From IMG/VR virus record IMGVR_UViG_3300035494_000238, positions 1 through 41,303 of that record: a stretch of 41,303 nt of DNA; one strand, written 5' to 3'. Within the stretch, counting starts at the first letter, position 1, and each line of letters begins with the position of its first letter. The translations under genes were made by a program, and so were the position numbers. The notes below the pieces were generated by a model. That model searched no databases and had not been told where the DNA came from. It worked only from the letters and a program-made list of their open reading frames with translations. This DNA is from a virus (Duplodnaviria > Caudoviricetes). Shown piece after piece: positions 8,832 to 17,154 of the stretch.

Positions 8832-9517
8832 GATACAAAGGCTTTTGTTTGCTCTGCTGGCAGTTCGTAGAACTTTAGTACACGACCGTTTTCTGTTTTA
8901 TCGTGCTGCGCTAGATGTTGCATATTTAGTTTTCCTTCATAAAACCCTTCCGCCTGCTGAAGTGCGTGAAGGTTAAAACCATATTTTAACCCGAGTGTAT
9001 TGGCTGCATAAAGAATAATAGTTTGAAGAAGCTGAGTTCCAATCCCATTAAAGATTTTTGGCGAAATAGGGTTAGTGAGATTCCAAGGCGCTGAGGCTAG
9101 ATATTCAATGTAAAATACATCACCGCTTTCCAGTTTAGAGGTTTCTGGTTGGCGAATAAGGCAAACGCCTTGTACCCGAGATTCAGCAAGCAAGAAAAAC
9201 CAGTAATAGTTTCCACCTTTGTAATGAATGGTCTTTTTAAGCCAGTCCCAGTGCTTACTGTTTAGCTGTACACCTTGTGCTTGTTTTAGACGATCTTGCG
9301 GTTTGAGTGTCGAAAAATAATCCAATAGCGCTTTATAAAACTCTGCCCACTCCAGATCACATTGTGAGGCAAGGCTTGGGTTTTTGCCGCATAAGATTTC
9401 AAACTCTACAGTCTTACCGTCATTATTAGTCATAGCTCCGGCATGAATTTTATCTTGCTTCGGAGTTGTTTGGAGAGAACTGGTCGCAAGGTGACGGCGA
9501 ATGTCTTCAAAGGTCAT
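8828..9517 (-). CDS. GNAT-family N-acetyltransferase
   Basis: YIEYLASAPWN, acetyl-CoA loop FNGIGTQLL, LHALQQAEGFY. Confidence 0.8.
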   Translation of the reverse strand: MTFEDIRRHLATSSLQTTPKQDKIHAGAMTNNDGKTVEFEILCGKNPSLASQCDLEWAEFYKALLDYFSTLKPQDRLKQAQGVQLNSKHWDWLKKTIHYKGGNYYWFFLLAESRVQGVCLIRQPETSKLESGDVFYIEYLASAPWNLTNPISPKIFNGIGTQLLQTIILYAANTLGLKYGFNLHALQQAEGFYEGKLNMQHLAQHDKTENGRVLKFYELPAEQTKAFVS

Positions 9518-9521
9518 AGTG

Positions 9522-9932
9522 TTATTTTGCCTTGGTTAAGGTTTTGGCAATATCCAGTAACATGGCTTTTTGATCCGCAGACTGGTCTTTAATTAGTTCT
9601 ATCAAGGCTTGCTCGTACTTATCTAGTTCCATCATATTGCATGGTTGACTATCATTCTCCCCCTCATACCCCGTTGCATGGCTCGCACTAACCGGTGTGG
9701 TGGTTTCGTAGCTGGTGGCGTGGGTGGTGGAGATTCGCCCCAGTAGTTCATCAACACTGATACCAAGTCTTGTTGCTATATTAAGGTACTCAGAGGTTGG
9801 TACCCCTCTATTTTTCCAATTGGTCATTTTTTGTGATGTTGCGCCAATCTTATCGGCAATATCTTTTTTTCTAGTAAGACCAAATTTGTCATTAGCGATT
9901 CTTAGCAGATTTTCAAATACTTTCTCGTTCAT
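9522..9932 (-). CDS. cI: CI-like repressor (HTH; no S24 autopeptidase domain)
   Basis: KDIADKIGATSQKMTNWKNRGVP...LGISVDELLG; divergent from cro across three operators. Confidence 0.85.
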   Translation of the reverse strand: MNEKVFENLLRIANDKFGLTRKKDIADKIGATSQKMTNWKNRGVPTSEYLNIATRLGISVDELLGRISTTHATSYETTTPVSASHATGYEGENDSQPCNMMELDKYEQALIELIKDQSADQKAMLLDIAKTLTKAK

Positions 9933-9949
9933 GTTTGCCGCCCTTTTTA

Positions 9950-10036
9950 TACACGTTAAGTGTAAATGTTTAAAAGTTTTTAGTCATTAAACCTTTTGTG
10001 TATTTTGTTTTTGATATAGAATACACACACTGTGTA
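9950..10036. promoter_or_regulatory. Right operator region (OR): TACAC-N5-GTGTA at 9950-9964 and 10022-10036, TAAAC-N5-GTGTA at 9988-10002
   Basis: Three regularly spaced palindromes in the cI-cro intergenic region. Confidence 0.85.
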
Positions 10037-10054
10037 ATAATTGGGTTTATCAAG

Positions 10055-10249
10055 ATGGAATTTAAAGAATTTGCGCTAAAACTTGGACTTGAAGAATCAA
10101 ACATTACAGCTATCGGTGGTTTATTCGATGCCGCACCAAACACCGTTTGGAATTGGAAGCATCGGAACAGTGTGCCAGCAAAGTATGTGCTTGAGGCGAT
10201 AAACAGGAAGCTTTTCAAGCGAAGCCAAGCGGATAAAAAAGCGAGCTGA
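10055..10249 (+). CDS. cro: Cro-like repressor
   Basis: 64 aa; AIGGLFDAAPNTVWNWKHRNSVP HTH; divergent from cI. Confidence 0.75.
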   Translation: MEFKEFALKLGLEESNITAIGGLFDAAPNTVWNWKHRNSVPAKYVLEAINRKLFKRSQADKKAS

Positions 10250-10252
10250 GGC

Positions 10253-10462
10253 ATGGAAAAGAAAACCGAGGCCTTAACGGTGCATCTAAGCGACACGCTG
10301 AAAAAGCAAACGCTCGCGCTGGCCGAGTCGCAAGGGCTAACAGGAAGTGAATTTATTGGTTTTCTCATATCAAGCCACCTAGATCAGAAACGGTCTGAAT
10401 TTAGATTACTGCAACAGGTGTTTGACTTCGAGAGAACGGATGGAGGCGGTGAGAATTGCTAG
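10253..10462 (+). CDS. Ribbon-helix-helix-like DNA-binding protein
   Basis: KKTEALTVHLSDTLKKQTLALAESQGLTGSEFI pattern. Confidence 0.65.
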   Translation: MEKKTEALTVHLSDTLKKQTLALAESQGLTGSEFIGFLISSHLDQKRSEFRLLQQVFDFERTDGGGENC

Positions 10463-10561
10463 TTTTAACTTATTGAAATATATAGAAAATTACAAAAAAC
10501 TTTTTTTGTATTTTGTAATTGAAAATTTTGATTTTTTTTGCAAGAAAATAGAGCTAAAAGA

Positions 10562-10593
10562 AAACCCGCCAATGGATGGGAGTCCGGCGGTTT
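10562..10593 (+). terminator. Imperfect hairpin (tR-like)
   Basis: AAACCCGCC...GGCGGTTT inverted repeat with long loop. Confidence 0.35.
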
Positions 10594-10623
10594 GAGCATC
10601 AATTAAAGCAGAGGTAATTATAC

Positions 10624-10995
10624 ATGAGTCAGGATAGAAGCAATCACAACACCCTGAATCTAAGACAAGCCCTTGAGCGAAATGAATGGACTAGGGCTGA
10701 GATCATTAAAAACCAAAGCGGCGTTTTTATTGGCGAATTAGAGCCTTTTTTGCAGGCTTTAGGGCTGGAGGTTGTGAAGTCGCGCCCTGCACCACAAGGT
10801 TTCTATCAAAGGCTTGATGAGTCAGCAAGAAATGCGGGGATGTCACTGAGTGCTTTGGCTGAAAAGCTGGGTTTGGCGCGTTCAGCGGCTACACGCTGGC
10901 GTAACGGTGGGGGTATGTCAAGAGGTGTTTTGCTTGATGCAAGTGAGGTATTAGGTGTATCAAGCCGTTGGCTGGAGACGGGGGAGGCCGAATGA
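10624..10995 (+). CDS. Transcription regulator with C-terminal Xre HTH and possible CII-like N-terminus
   Basis: FLQALGLEVV then RLDESARNAGMSLSALAEKLGLARSAATRW...LGVSSRWLETG. Confidence 0.7.
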   Translation: MSQDRSNHNTLNLRQALERNEWTRAEIIKNQSGVFIGELEPFLQALGLEVVKSRPAPQGFYQRLDESARNAGMSLSALAEKLGLARSAATRWRNGGGMSRGVLLDASEVLGVSSRWLETGEAE

Positions 10996-11816
10996 GCATG
11001 ATGCTAATGGCGAAAGCCATGCAGATAAAAATAGGCAATCCTTTACGCAAACTGGTGTTGATAAAGCTTGCTGATAATGCAAACGACGCGGGTGAATGTT
11101 GGCCTTCTTACAATCACATTGCTGATCAGTGTGAAATGTCACGCCGTTCTGCAATTAATCACATCGAACAGTTGGAAAAAGATGGTTATTTAAAGAAGGT
11201 TGTTCGCAAAAAATCAGCGACTGAGAACGCGACCAATGTTTATGTTTTGACGCTTAAAAGTGGTGGTGAAAATCCTGCACTAGGGGGTGGTGCAGGAGAT
11301 TCACTAGGTGGTGCAGGAGATGCACTAGGGGGTGCAGGAGATGCACTAGGGGGTGGTGCAGGAGATGCACTCAGAACCAGTCACTCTTTTGAACCAGTCA
11401 TAGAACCTAAAAAAACTAAAGCAAAAAAAGTTTCAAATCCCGACGCAAAAAAACCGCAACCAAAAACCACAGCACCTCTTGAAAAGCAATCGGCCAAAAA
11501 ACCGGTTCAACCCTTACCCATTCCCCAAGAATTGGCGGATGAAATCGTGGCCTATCGGAAATTGATCAAAAAGCCGGTGACGGATCGGGCGCTTAGGGGG
11601 ATCGCCAACGACATGCTGGAGGCACACAGGCAAACGGGTCTGACGCTTGAGCAACTGGTTGAAACGATGCAAGTGAAGGGTTGGATGACGGTGAAGGCGG
11701 AGTGGATGCTTCGGTTGCTGGATCAGGCTAAGCGAGAGCAACACGGCTTGCACAGCGGCTATCAAACGCAGCCGAATCAAGCCTTAACGGACATCATCTG
11801 GGGATGGGAGCAATGA
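10992..11816 (+). CDS. Replication initiator (lambda O analogue, N-terminal HTH)
   Basis: RKLVLIKLADNANDAGECWPSYNHIADQCEMSRRSA; internal iterons; ATGA coupling with upstream gene. Confidence 0.9.
   Translation: MSMMLMAKAMQIKIGNPLRKLVLIKLADNANDAGECWPSYNHIADQCEMSRRSAINHIEQLEKDGYLKKVVRKKSATENATNVYVLTLKSGGENPALGGGAGDSLGGAGDALGGAGDALGGGAGDALRTSHSFEPVIEPKKTKAKKVSNPDAKKPQPKTTAPLEKQSAKKPVQPLPIPQELADEIVAYRKLIKKPVTDRALRGIANDMLEAHRQTGLTLEQLVETMQVKGWMTVKAEWMLRLLDQAKREQHGLHSGYQTQPNQALTDIIWGWEQ
11262..11460. repeat. Replication origin: four GGTGCAGGAGAT(G/T)CACT iterons plus one inverted degenerate copy, followed by A-rich tract
   Basis: Direct repeats 11289-11371, inverted copy about 11265-11281, two GAACCAGTCA copies, then poly-A runs. 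Confidence 0.85.
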
Positions 11817-12325
11817 TTACGATGAAACAAGCAGCGGCATTTGTGAATTCAAGCCAGCGCCAGCACGACCTTGAGCAACAGCGCAAGCAGCGCAGAATCG
11901 GCACGCATGAGGCAATTCCAGAGCGCATCAAGCAGGTGGCCAGTCACGTTTTCAATGAACTCACCACGATGCGCCCGGGATGGAAAGTAGGGTTCAGTCA
12001 CAACGGCCAACTGGACGCTAAGCAGGTCACGGCCTATAAAATCCAATTACTCAAGGCGATGCGCGAAAACGGCATCGATACGATGGATAAAGTCGAATCA
12101 GGCCTGAAGTTTTTACGCGCTCAACCCGGCCAATTTTTACCATCCATCGGTGACTTTGTGCAGGCCTGCAAGCCGTCAAAGTCGGGCGGTGAAATGAACA
12201 TGGGGATGTATCGGATATGGGAGCGAGATAGACGCATCGACAGTATGACCGCCGCTGACCGCCGCGCCGTCGCGCAAAAGGAAATGGCTAAAATCCGTCG
12301 CAACATCAAAAAGGGTAGCGCATGA
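11813..12325 (+). CDS. Replication protein P-like helicase loader
   Basis: YKIQLLKAMRENGI...GLKFLR...FLPSIGDFVQAC; follows initiator. Confidence 0.8.
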   Translation: MITMKQAAAFVNSSQRQHDLEQQRKQRRIGTHEAIPERIKQVASHVFNELTTMRPGWKVGFSHNGQLDAKQVTAYKIQLLKAMRENGIDTMDKVESGLKFLRAQPGQFLPSIGDFVQACKPSKSGGEMNMGMYRIWERDRRIDSMTAADRRAVAQKEMAKIRRNIKKGSA

Positions 12326-12609
12326 CCGCTCAAGACTTCGTTCAAGCTGACGCGTCGGTTTTTGAGATTCGCAAAGCGCTGACCGAGACAAAAGAGGCGC
12401 GAAAAGCGATGTGTGAGGGGAGCAGGGCGATTAAACGCGCTGTCCTAGCCTTGGGTAGCGGCGGGAGAATTTGCGGCCAATGTAAGGCGTTTAAACCGCT
12501 TGGCAATGTTGCCGGATTGAACGGAACGTGTCACACGGTTAGTCGCAACACTTACACTCTGCCGGAATCCCCGGCCTGTCATTTTTTTATTCAAAAAGAG
12601 GAGCAGTAA
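12322..12609 (+). CDS. Hypothetical protein with Cys cluster (CxxC...C...C)
   Basis: ICGQCKAF...GTC...ACHFF. Confidence 0.6.
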   Translation: MTAQDFVQADASVFEIRKALTETKEARKAMCEGSRAIKRAVLALGSGGRICGQCKAFKPLGNVAGLNGTCHTVSRNTYTLPESPACHFFIQKEEQ

Positions 12610-12882
12610 ATGATTGATTTTAAAGACGACGAAAGTGTTAAACGCGCCATTTATAGCGCGCCTGATTTTGTCAAACAGGCGTTAAGAAAACGCTACATTG
12701 AGCAATTAAACGCTGAATGCGAGACGATGTCGCGGGTGAGTTTTTGGCGGTTTTTGGCCATCCATGAGGCATTTATTGGCGGGGTGGGATTGGTTGAGGT
12801 AAGTAAAAAGACCGGCATGAAACAGTTGGATGTTGGCTATCTGATTGAGCAAGCGATGTCGGCGGTAAAAAATGGGGGCTAA
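12610..12882 (+). CDS. Hypothetical protein, possible C-terminal HTH
   Basis: Operon packing, GAGGAG SD. Confidence 0.55.
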   Translation: MIDFKDDESVKRAIYSAPDFVKQALRKRYIEQLNAECETMSRVSFWRFLAIHEAFIGGVGLVEVSKKTGMKQLDVGYLIEQAMSAVKNGG

Positions 12883-13267
12883 GTCACGAAACAAGGGGGC
12901 GGCTTTTGAGCGTGAAGTCGCCGGACTTTTAGACTTGCACCTCGGTTGGAAGGTCAAGCGCAATCTAGAGCAATACCAAGTGAAGGGCTTGGGGGATTTG
13001 AACGGCAAACCCGGCGTTATGATTGAGTGCAAGCGTTACGCCACGGCAACGGATGCCCAAATTGGAATGTGGTGGGCGGAGAGTTTGGAACAGGCGAAAA
13101 CCTTACCTGAGACCGCTCCGGTGTTGATATTTAAAGCGGATAGACAACCCATTAAAGCCGTTGTGCCTTGGGGGTTGGTTTATGCCGATGCAAGCGATCC
13201 AATGGCGGATGCACCGATAACGCTGGCGATGGATCAGTTTTACGAACTCGCAAGAGAGCTTTTGTAA
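12872..13267 (+). CDS. Holliday-junction-resolvase-like PD-(D/E)XK nuclease
   Basis: SRNKGAAFEREVA...GDL...IECKR...PVLIFK. Confidence 0.8.
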   Translation: MGAKSRNKGAAFEREVAGLLDLHLGWKVKRNLEQYQVKGLGDLNGKPGVMIECKRYATATDAQIGMWWAESLEQAKTLPETAPVLIFKADRQPIKAVVPWGLVYADASDPMADAPITLAMDQFYELARELL

Positions 13268-13279
13268 AGGGGTGACAAC

Positions 13280-13660
13280 ATGCCAGCCGAAAGCGAAATC
13301 CTCGTCGGTGAAGTCAGTGATACCGCTATTAAACAGTTAGTTGCGGCATTCGGGGGGCGGCGAATTTACGTCCCCTACAGCATCAACCCCAATCACATCA
13401 TCGCAAAAGCCATCGGCATCGTGCAAGCACGACGGTTGTCCGAGGCTTACGGTGGATCGCCCATCTTCATCCCCAAAAACCATTGTGTGGTCAGACGTAT
13501 GCGCAACCTCGACATCCTGAGCGCTATTATTAACGGTGAGCCAATCAGCGCCATTGCACAGCGTCACGGTATGACGGCGCGAAATGTGCGCATCATTACG
13601 CACAAAATGCTCGGGGGAAATTTGAAGCATTACCCGCGAGTTAAAACACCCTCAAAATAG
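13280..13660 (+). CDS. Mor/C-family late transcription activator
   Basis: LVAAFGGRRIYVP...YGGSPIFIP...RNLDI...IAQRHGMTARNVRII; directly before lysis genes. Confidence 0.85.
   Translation: MPAESEILVGEVSDTAIKQLVAAFGGRRIYVPYSINPNHIIAKAIGIVQARRLSEAYGGSPIFIPKNHCVVRRMRNLDILSAIINGEPISAIAQRHGMTARNVRIITHKMLGGNLKHYPRVKTPSK
13616..13658 (+). promoter_or_regulatory. Putative late promoter 1 (lysis/packaging): GGAAAT-N5-GCATTA-N20-CAAAAT
   Basis: Motif and spacing repeated at 20351 and 31554. Confidence 0.75.
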
Positions 13661-13686
13661 CCTCACAAATCAAATTAGGAGAGGTT

Positions 13687-14133
13687 ATGACCACATTCTT
13701 GTTAGAGCGCTTTAGCAATCACCCGCAAATGGGCGTGTTTGGCACACTAATCACGCCCACAACCGTTTTAAACACCGTCGAACAGCCGTGGAACGACAAT
13801 ACGCCGAATAAGTCCTGCGTCCCGGACGGCATCTACACGTTGCACGAAGTCAACAGCCCACGATGGGGTAAGACTCTCGCGCTGGTCGGGGGTACTGTCG
13901 CGCTGGACGAAGCATCGGTGCTTAAAGGAGAGGCAGCGCGCTGGGGGTGTCTGTTCCATCAAGCCAATTTTGCAAACGAGTTAAAAGGGTGCATTGCCCC
14001 CGGGCTTGGGCTTGGCGCAATCGGCAACGGATGGGTGGTCAAGTCGTCAAAGTTGGCGATGGATCGACTTTTAAGCGAGGCGCATCATGGTGATACGTTA
14101 ATAATCAGTTGGGCGGGGGTGTTTTGTGATTAA
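13687..14133 (+). CDS. DUF5675-family protein, putative endolysin
   Basis: TVEQPW..N....SCVPDGIY...LFHQANFANELKGCIAPG; first gene of lysis cassette. Confidence 0.75.
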   Translation: MTTFLLERFSNHPQMGVFGTLITPTTVLNTVEQPWNDNTPNKSCVPDGIYTLHEVNSPRWGKTLALVGGTVALDEASVLKGEAARWGCLFHQANFANELKGCIAPGLGLGAIGNGWVVKSSKLAMDRLLSEAHHGDTLIISWAGVFCD

Positions 14134-14536
14134 TATTTTAGCGTCGATTATTCCGGGCTTGGTCAGCAAGGGTGTCGAAATTTTTGATAAAAAATTCCAG
14201 ACCGAGGCAGAAAAACAGGTCGCTGTGCGCGAATACGAGGCCATGCTTCGGAGTGAAATTCAACAGGCGTGGGAGAGTGAGCAGAAACACATCACACAAC
14301 GCCATAACCAAGACATGACATCCGATAGCACGCTGAGTAAAAACATCCGTCCTCTCGCGCTGATTTACCTGATGGCGCTCTATACGCTGGCCTTTTTTAT
14401 GGACGTGCCGGAAACCGTCCTCGAAATGCTTAGAGACCTGTTGATGACCGTTTTCGTCTTCTATTTTGGTGCTAGAACGATTGAAAAAGTAACCGGCATC
14501 ATCAAATCGAACGGAGGGAACAACAGTGGAAATTGA
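14126..14536 (+). CDS. Holin (3TM/GTA-holin-like)
   Basis: DMTSDSTLSKNIRP, two C-terminal hydrophobic segments, FYFGARTIEK. Confidence 0.8.
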   Translation: MINILASIIPGLVSKGVEIFDKKFQTEAEKQVAVREYEAMLRSEIQQAWESEQKHITQRHNQDMTSDSTLSKNIRPLALIYLMALYTLAFFMDVPETVLEMLRDLLMTVFVFYFGARTIEKVTGIIKSNGGNNSGN

Positions 14537-15200
14537 ACTTTTTAAGATGTTGGTTGAACACCCTAGGTTCGGGTGGGTTGCGTGGCTTTCAATCACCCTT
14601 GTCGTTGTGCTTTTGGGGTTAAAGATAGGTGCTAAATTTATGGTTTCCATCGCCCAAAGCGTGCGCGAACTGAAAAGCACAATAAGCGATGAGCAATACC
14701 GGGCGCTTTTGAAAAGCGAGGCCGATGTCAGTCGCGTTTTAAGACTGATTAGGCATGACATTTTTGCAGACCGGATTCTGATTATTCAGTTTCACAACGG
14801 GGTGCATTCCATCGCCCACAACCATCTGTACAAGATGACGGCATCCACCGAGGCGATAACACAAGAACTTGAGCCTATCGCACACACCATCAAGGATTAT
14901 CCGGCGGGATACCTCGGCAATATGATCGACAAAATCATGTCAAACGAGGTCATCACCATCGACGATGTGGATAAACAAGCCGCCGAACAACCTGAAAATC
15001 GCGCCATTTTTAAAATCCTCAAAAGTCAGGGGGTGGAGAGCGCTTACTTAATGCCGATGTCAAATGCCTATGGACGTGTGTTCGGGTTTGCACTGATTGA
15101 GTACGTCGTTAAACCACAAGCAATCAGCGATGAAATGCTTAATCACGTCCGAGACCGCATCCATCAAATCGGTGCATTATTGTCGGGTGTAGAGGCTTAG
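14526..15200 (+). CDS. Single-pass membrane protein with GAF-like domain
   Basis: N-terminal TM, then ADRILIIQFHNG...LKSQGVESAYLMPM...GRVFGFALIEY. Confidence 0.7.
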   Translation: MEIELFKMLVEHPRFGWVAWLSITLVVVLLGLKIGAKFMVSIAQSVRELKSTISDEQYRALLKSEADVSRVLRLIRHDIFADRILIIQFHNGVHSIAHNHLYKMTASTEAITQELEPIAHTIKDYPAGYLGNMIDKIMSNEVITIDDVDKQAAEQPENRAIFKILKSQGVESAYLMPMSNAYGRVFGFALIEYVVKPQAISDEMLNHVRDRIHQIGALLSGVEA

Positions 15201-15207
15201 ATTTACT

Positions 15208-15714
15208 ATGGCGCGTCTAACCGAGGAACAATGGGGTGAGATTAGAGCATCCTATGAAGTAGATGGCGTGTCCTTTGGTCAGTTGGCAAAAGACTGGTCA
15301 ATCCACAAGTCAAACATAGCAAGACGGGCTAATAAGGAAGGTTGGCAGCAGGGTAAAACGCAACACCTTGTTGAAAAAAAGGTTAATGCCATCAAAGCGT
15401 TGGAGGAAATTCGCAACGAAACGCAACACCTAACGCAACACCATGAGAAGGCGATTGATAAGGCTGTTGCGTTTATTTTGAAGAATGAAACTCGAATGGA
15501 GAAAGCGGCGCGTAAGGCTGAGCAGATGATTGATGATGTGGATAATCCAACGCATATCAAGGCGCTGATGGATACCTTTGCCAAGCATCGTGAGGCGGTT
15601 TTGGGCAAGTCACCGGATACCGCGATACAGATTAACCACCACCAACCACCACAAGACCATGCCGGTACCGCCATGGAGTTGCTGGCGATTAAACGCAAAC
15701 TGCAAGACCAGTGA
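15208..15714 (+). CDS. terS: Terminase small subunit
   Basis: N-terminal HTH (WGEIRASYE...IARRANKEGW); coupled to terL. Confidence 0.8.
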   Translation: MARLTEEQWGEIRASYEVDGVSFGQLAKDWSIHKSNIARRANKEGWQQGKTQHLVEKKVNAIKALEEIRNETQHLTQHHEKAIDKAVAFILKNETRMEKAARKAEQMIDDVDNPTHIKALMDTFAKHREAVLGKSPDTAIQINHHQPPQDHAGTAMELLAIKRKLQDQ

Positions 15715-17153
15715 CCAGCGACGACTTGACGCATATTGCTACCGATTTGCTGGCGTTTACCGAGTGGAGTTTTCACACCATCAAGAAACAGGCGTTTCGG
15801 CGTAACTGGCACCATGTCAAGATAGCGCAAAAACTCGAAGACGTGGTACTGGGTAAAACCAAACGCCTGATCATCAACATGCCGCCGCGTTATACCAAGA
15901 CCGAAATGGCGGTGGTGAATTTTATTCCTTGGGCGTTACAACTGGCACCCGATGCCGAGTTTATTCATACCAGCTATTCCAAAACCCTCGCGGCCAATAA
16001 CACCGCGAACGCTAAAGATATTGTGCTGAATGAGCACTACCAACAGGCCTTCCAGAATGTCACTGTTAAGATCGACTCTAAATCGAAAGCCGATTGGCGC
16101 ACCACCAAGGGCGGTGTCGTGTATGCCGCTGGAGCGGGGGGTACGATTACCGGCTTTGGTGCAGGCAAAAACCGAGATGGGTTTGGGGGTGCCATTATTA
16201 TTGATGATCCACATAAGCCCGATGAAGCCACTTCGGATGTGATTCGTCAGGGGGTGATTGACTGGTTTGGCAACACGATTGAAAGTCGGGTGAACAATCC
16301 TGACACCCCGATTATCGTCATCATGCAACGCCTGCATCAAGAGGATTTAAGCGGCTGGCTGTTAGATGGAGGTAATGGTGAGGAATGGGATCATTTATGT
16401 TTACCTGCCGAAATGAACGGTCGTCCGATATGGCCTTGGAAGCACTCAGCGCAAAAGCTGGCGCAAATGCGACATAAAAACCCCTATGTGTATGCGGGGC
16501 AATACATGCAAAGCCCGGTACCGTTGGAGGGTGGCTTAATTCGTAAAGATTGGATCATGACTTACTATGCCAAACCTGTGGAATTTTTGCGCGTGGTGCA
16601 GTCTTGGGATACAGCGTATAAAGACAAGCAACACAACGACCCATCGGTATGCACAACGTGGATACAAACCCGAAAGGGTTATTTTTTGGTTGACGTGTTC
16701 GTAAAGCGGATGCGCTACCCTGAAGTTAAACAAATGGCAAAGCAAATGGCGGCGCGATGGAAACCGGATGCGGTGCTGATTGAGGATAAGGGCTCAGGGC
16801 AAAGCCTGATCCAAGAACTCCGAGATGAAACGCACATCACCGTCATCGCTATTGAGCCAACCGCCGATAAGGTCACTCGATTGATGGCGGTAACCAGTGA
16901 GTATGAGGCGGGGCGCGTTTATCATCCGGAAAAAGCCGAATGGCTCGACGCTTACGAATCCGAACTCTACCTATTCCCGAACAGCAAGCATGACGACCAA
17001 GTTGATAGTACGAGTCAGGCGATAAAGTGGATGAAGGACACCGCAACCAGCGTCGAGTTTGCCAGCGCCGGACGCAGGGAAATAGCAACACCGGGGCAAC
17101 GCGATGACCGGGGCTACGGTCGCATTAAATCAACCAGTAACAGAGGGTACTAG
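15711..17153 (+). CDS. terL: Terminase large subunit
   Basis: INMPPRYTKT Walker A, IIIDDPHK Walker B, SWDTA and HDDQVDS nuclease motifs. Confidence 0.95.
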   Translation: MTSDDLTHIATDLLAFTEWSFHTIKKQAFRRNWHHVKIAQKLEDVVLGKTKRLIINMPPRYTKTEMAVVNFIPWALQLAPDAEFIHTSYSKTLAANNTANAKDIVLNEHYQQAFQNVTVKIDSKSKADWRTTKGGVVYAAGAGGTITGFGAGKNRDGFGGAIIIDDPHKPDEATSDVIRQGVIDWFGNTIESRVNNPDTPIIVIMQRLHQEDLSGWLLDGGNGEEWDHLCLPAEMNGRPIWPWKHSAQKLAQMRHKNPYVYAGQYMQSPVPLEGGLIRKDWIMTYYAKPVEFLRVVQSWDTAYKDKQHNDPSVCTTWIQTRKGYFLVDVFVKRMRYPEVKQMAKQMAARWKPDAVLIEDKGSGQSLIQELRDETHITVIAIEPTADKVTRLMAVTSEYEAGRVYHPEKAEWLDAYESELYLFPNSKHDDQVDSTSQAIKWMKDTATSVEFASAGRREIATPGQRDDRGYGRIKSTSNRGY

Positions 17154-17154
17154 C

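Noticed and set aside
11262-11371. Short direct repeats as a CRISPR mini-array
   Set aside because: Spacers are only a few G-rich bases, repeats are in frame within the initiator gene and no cas genes are present; they fit iterons
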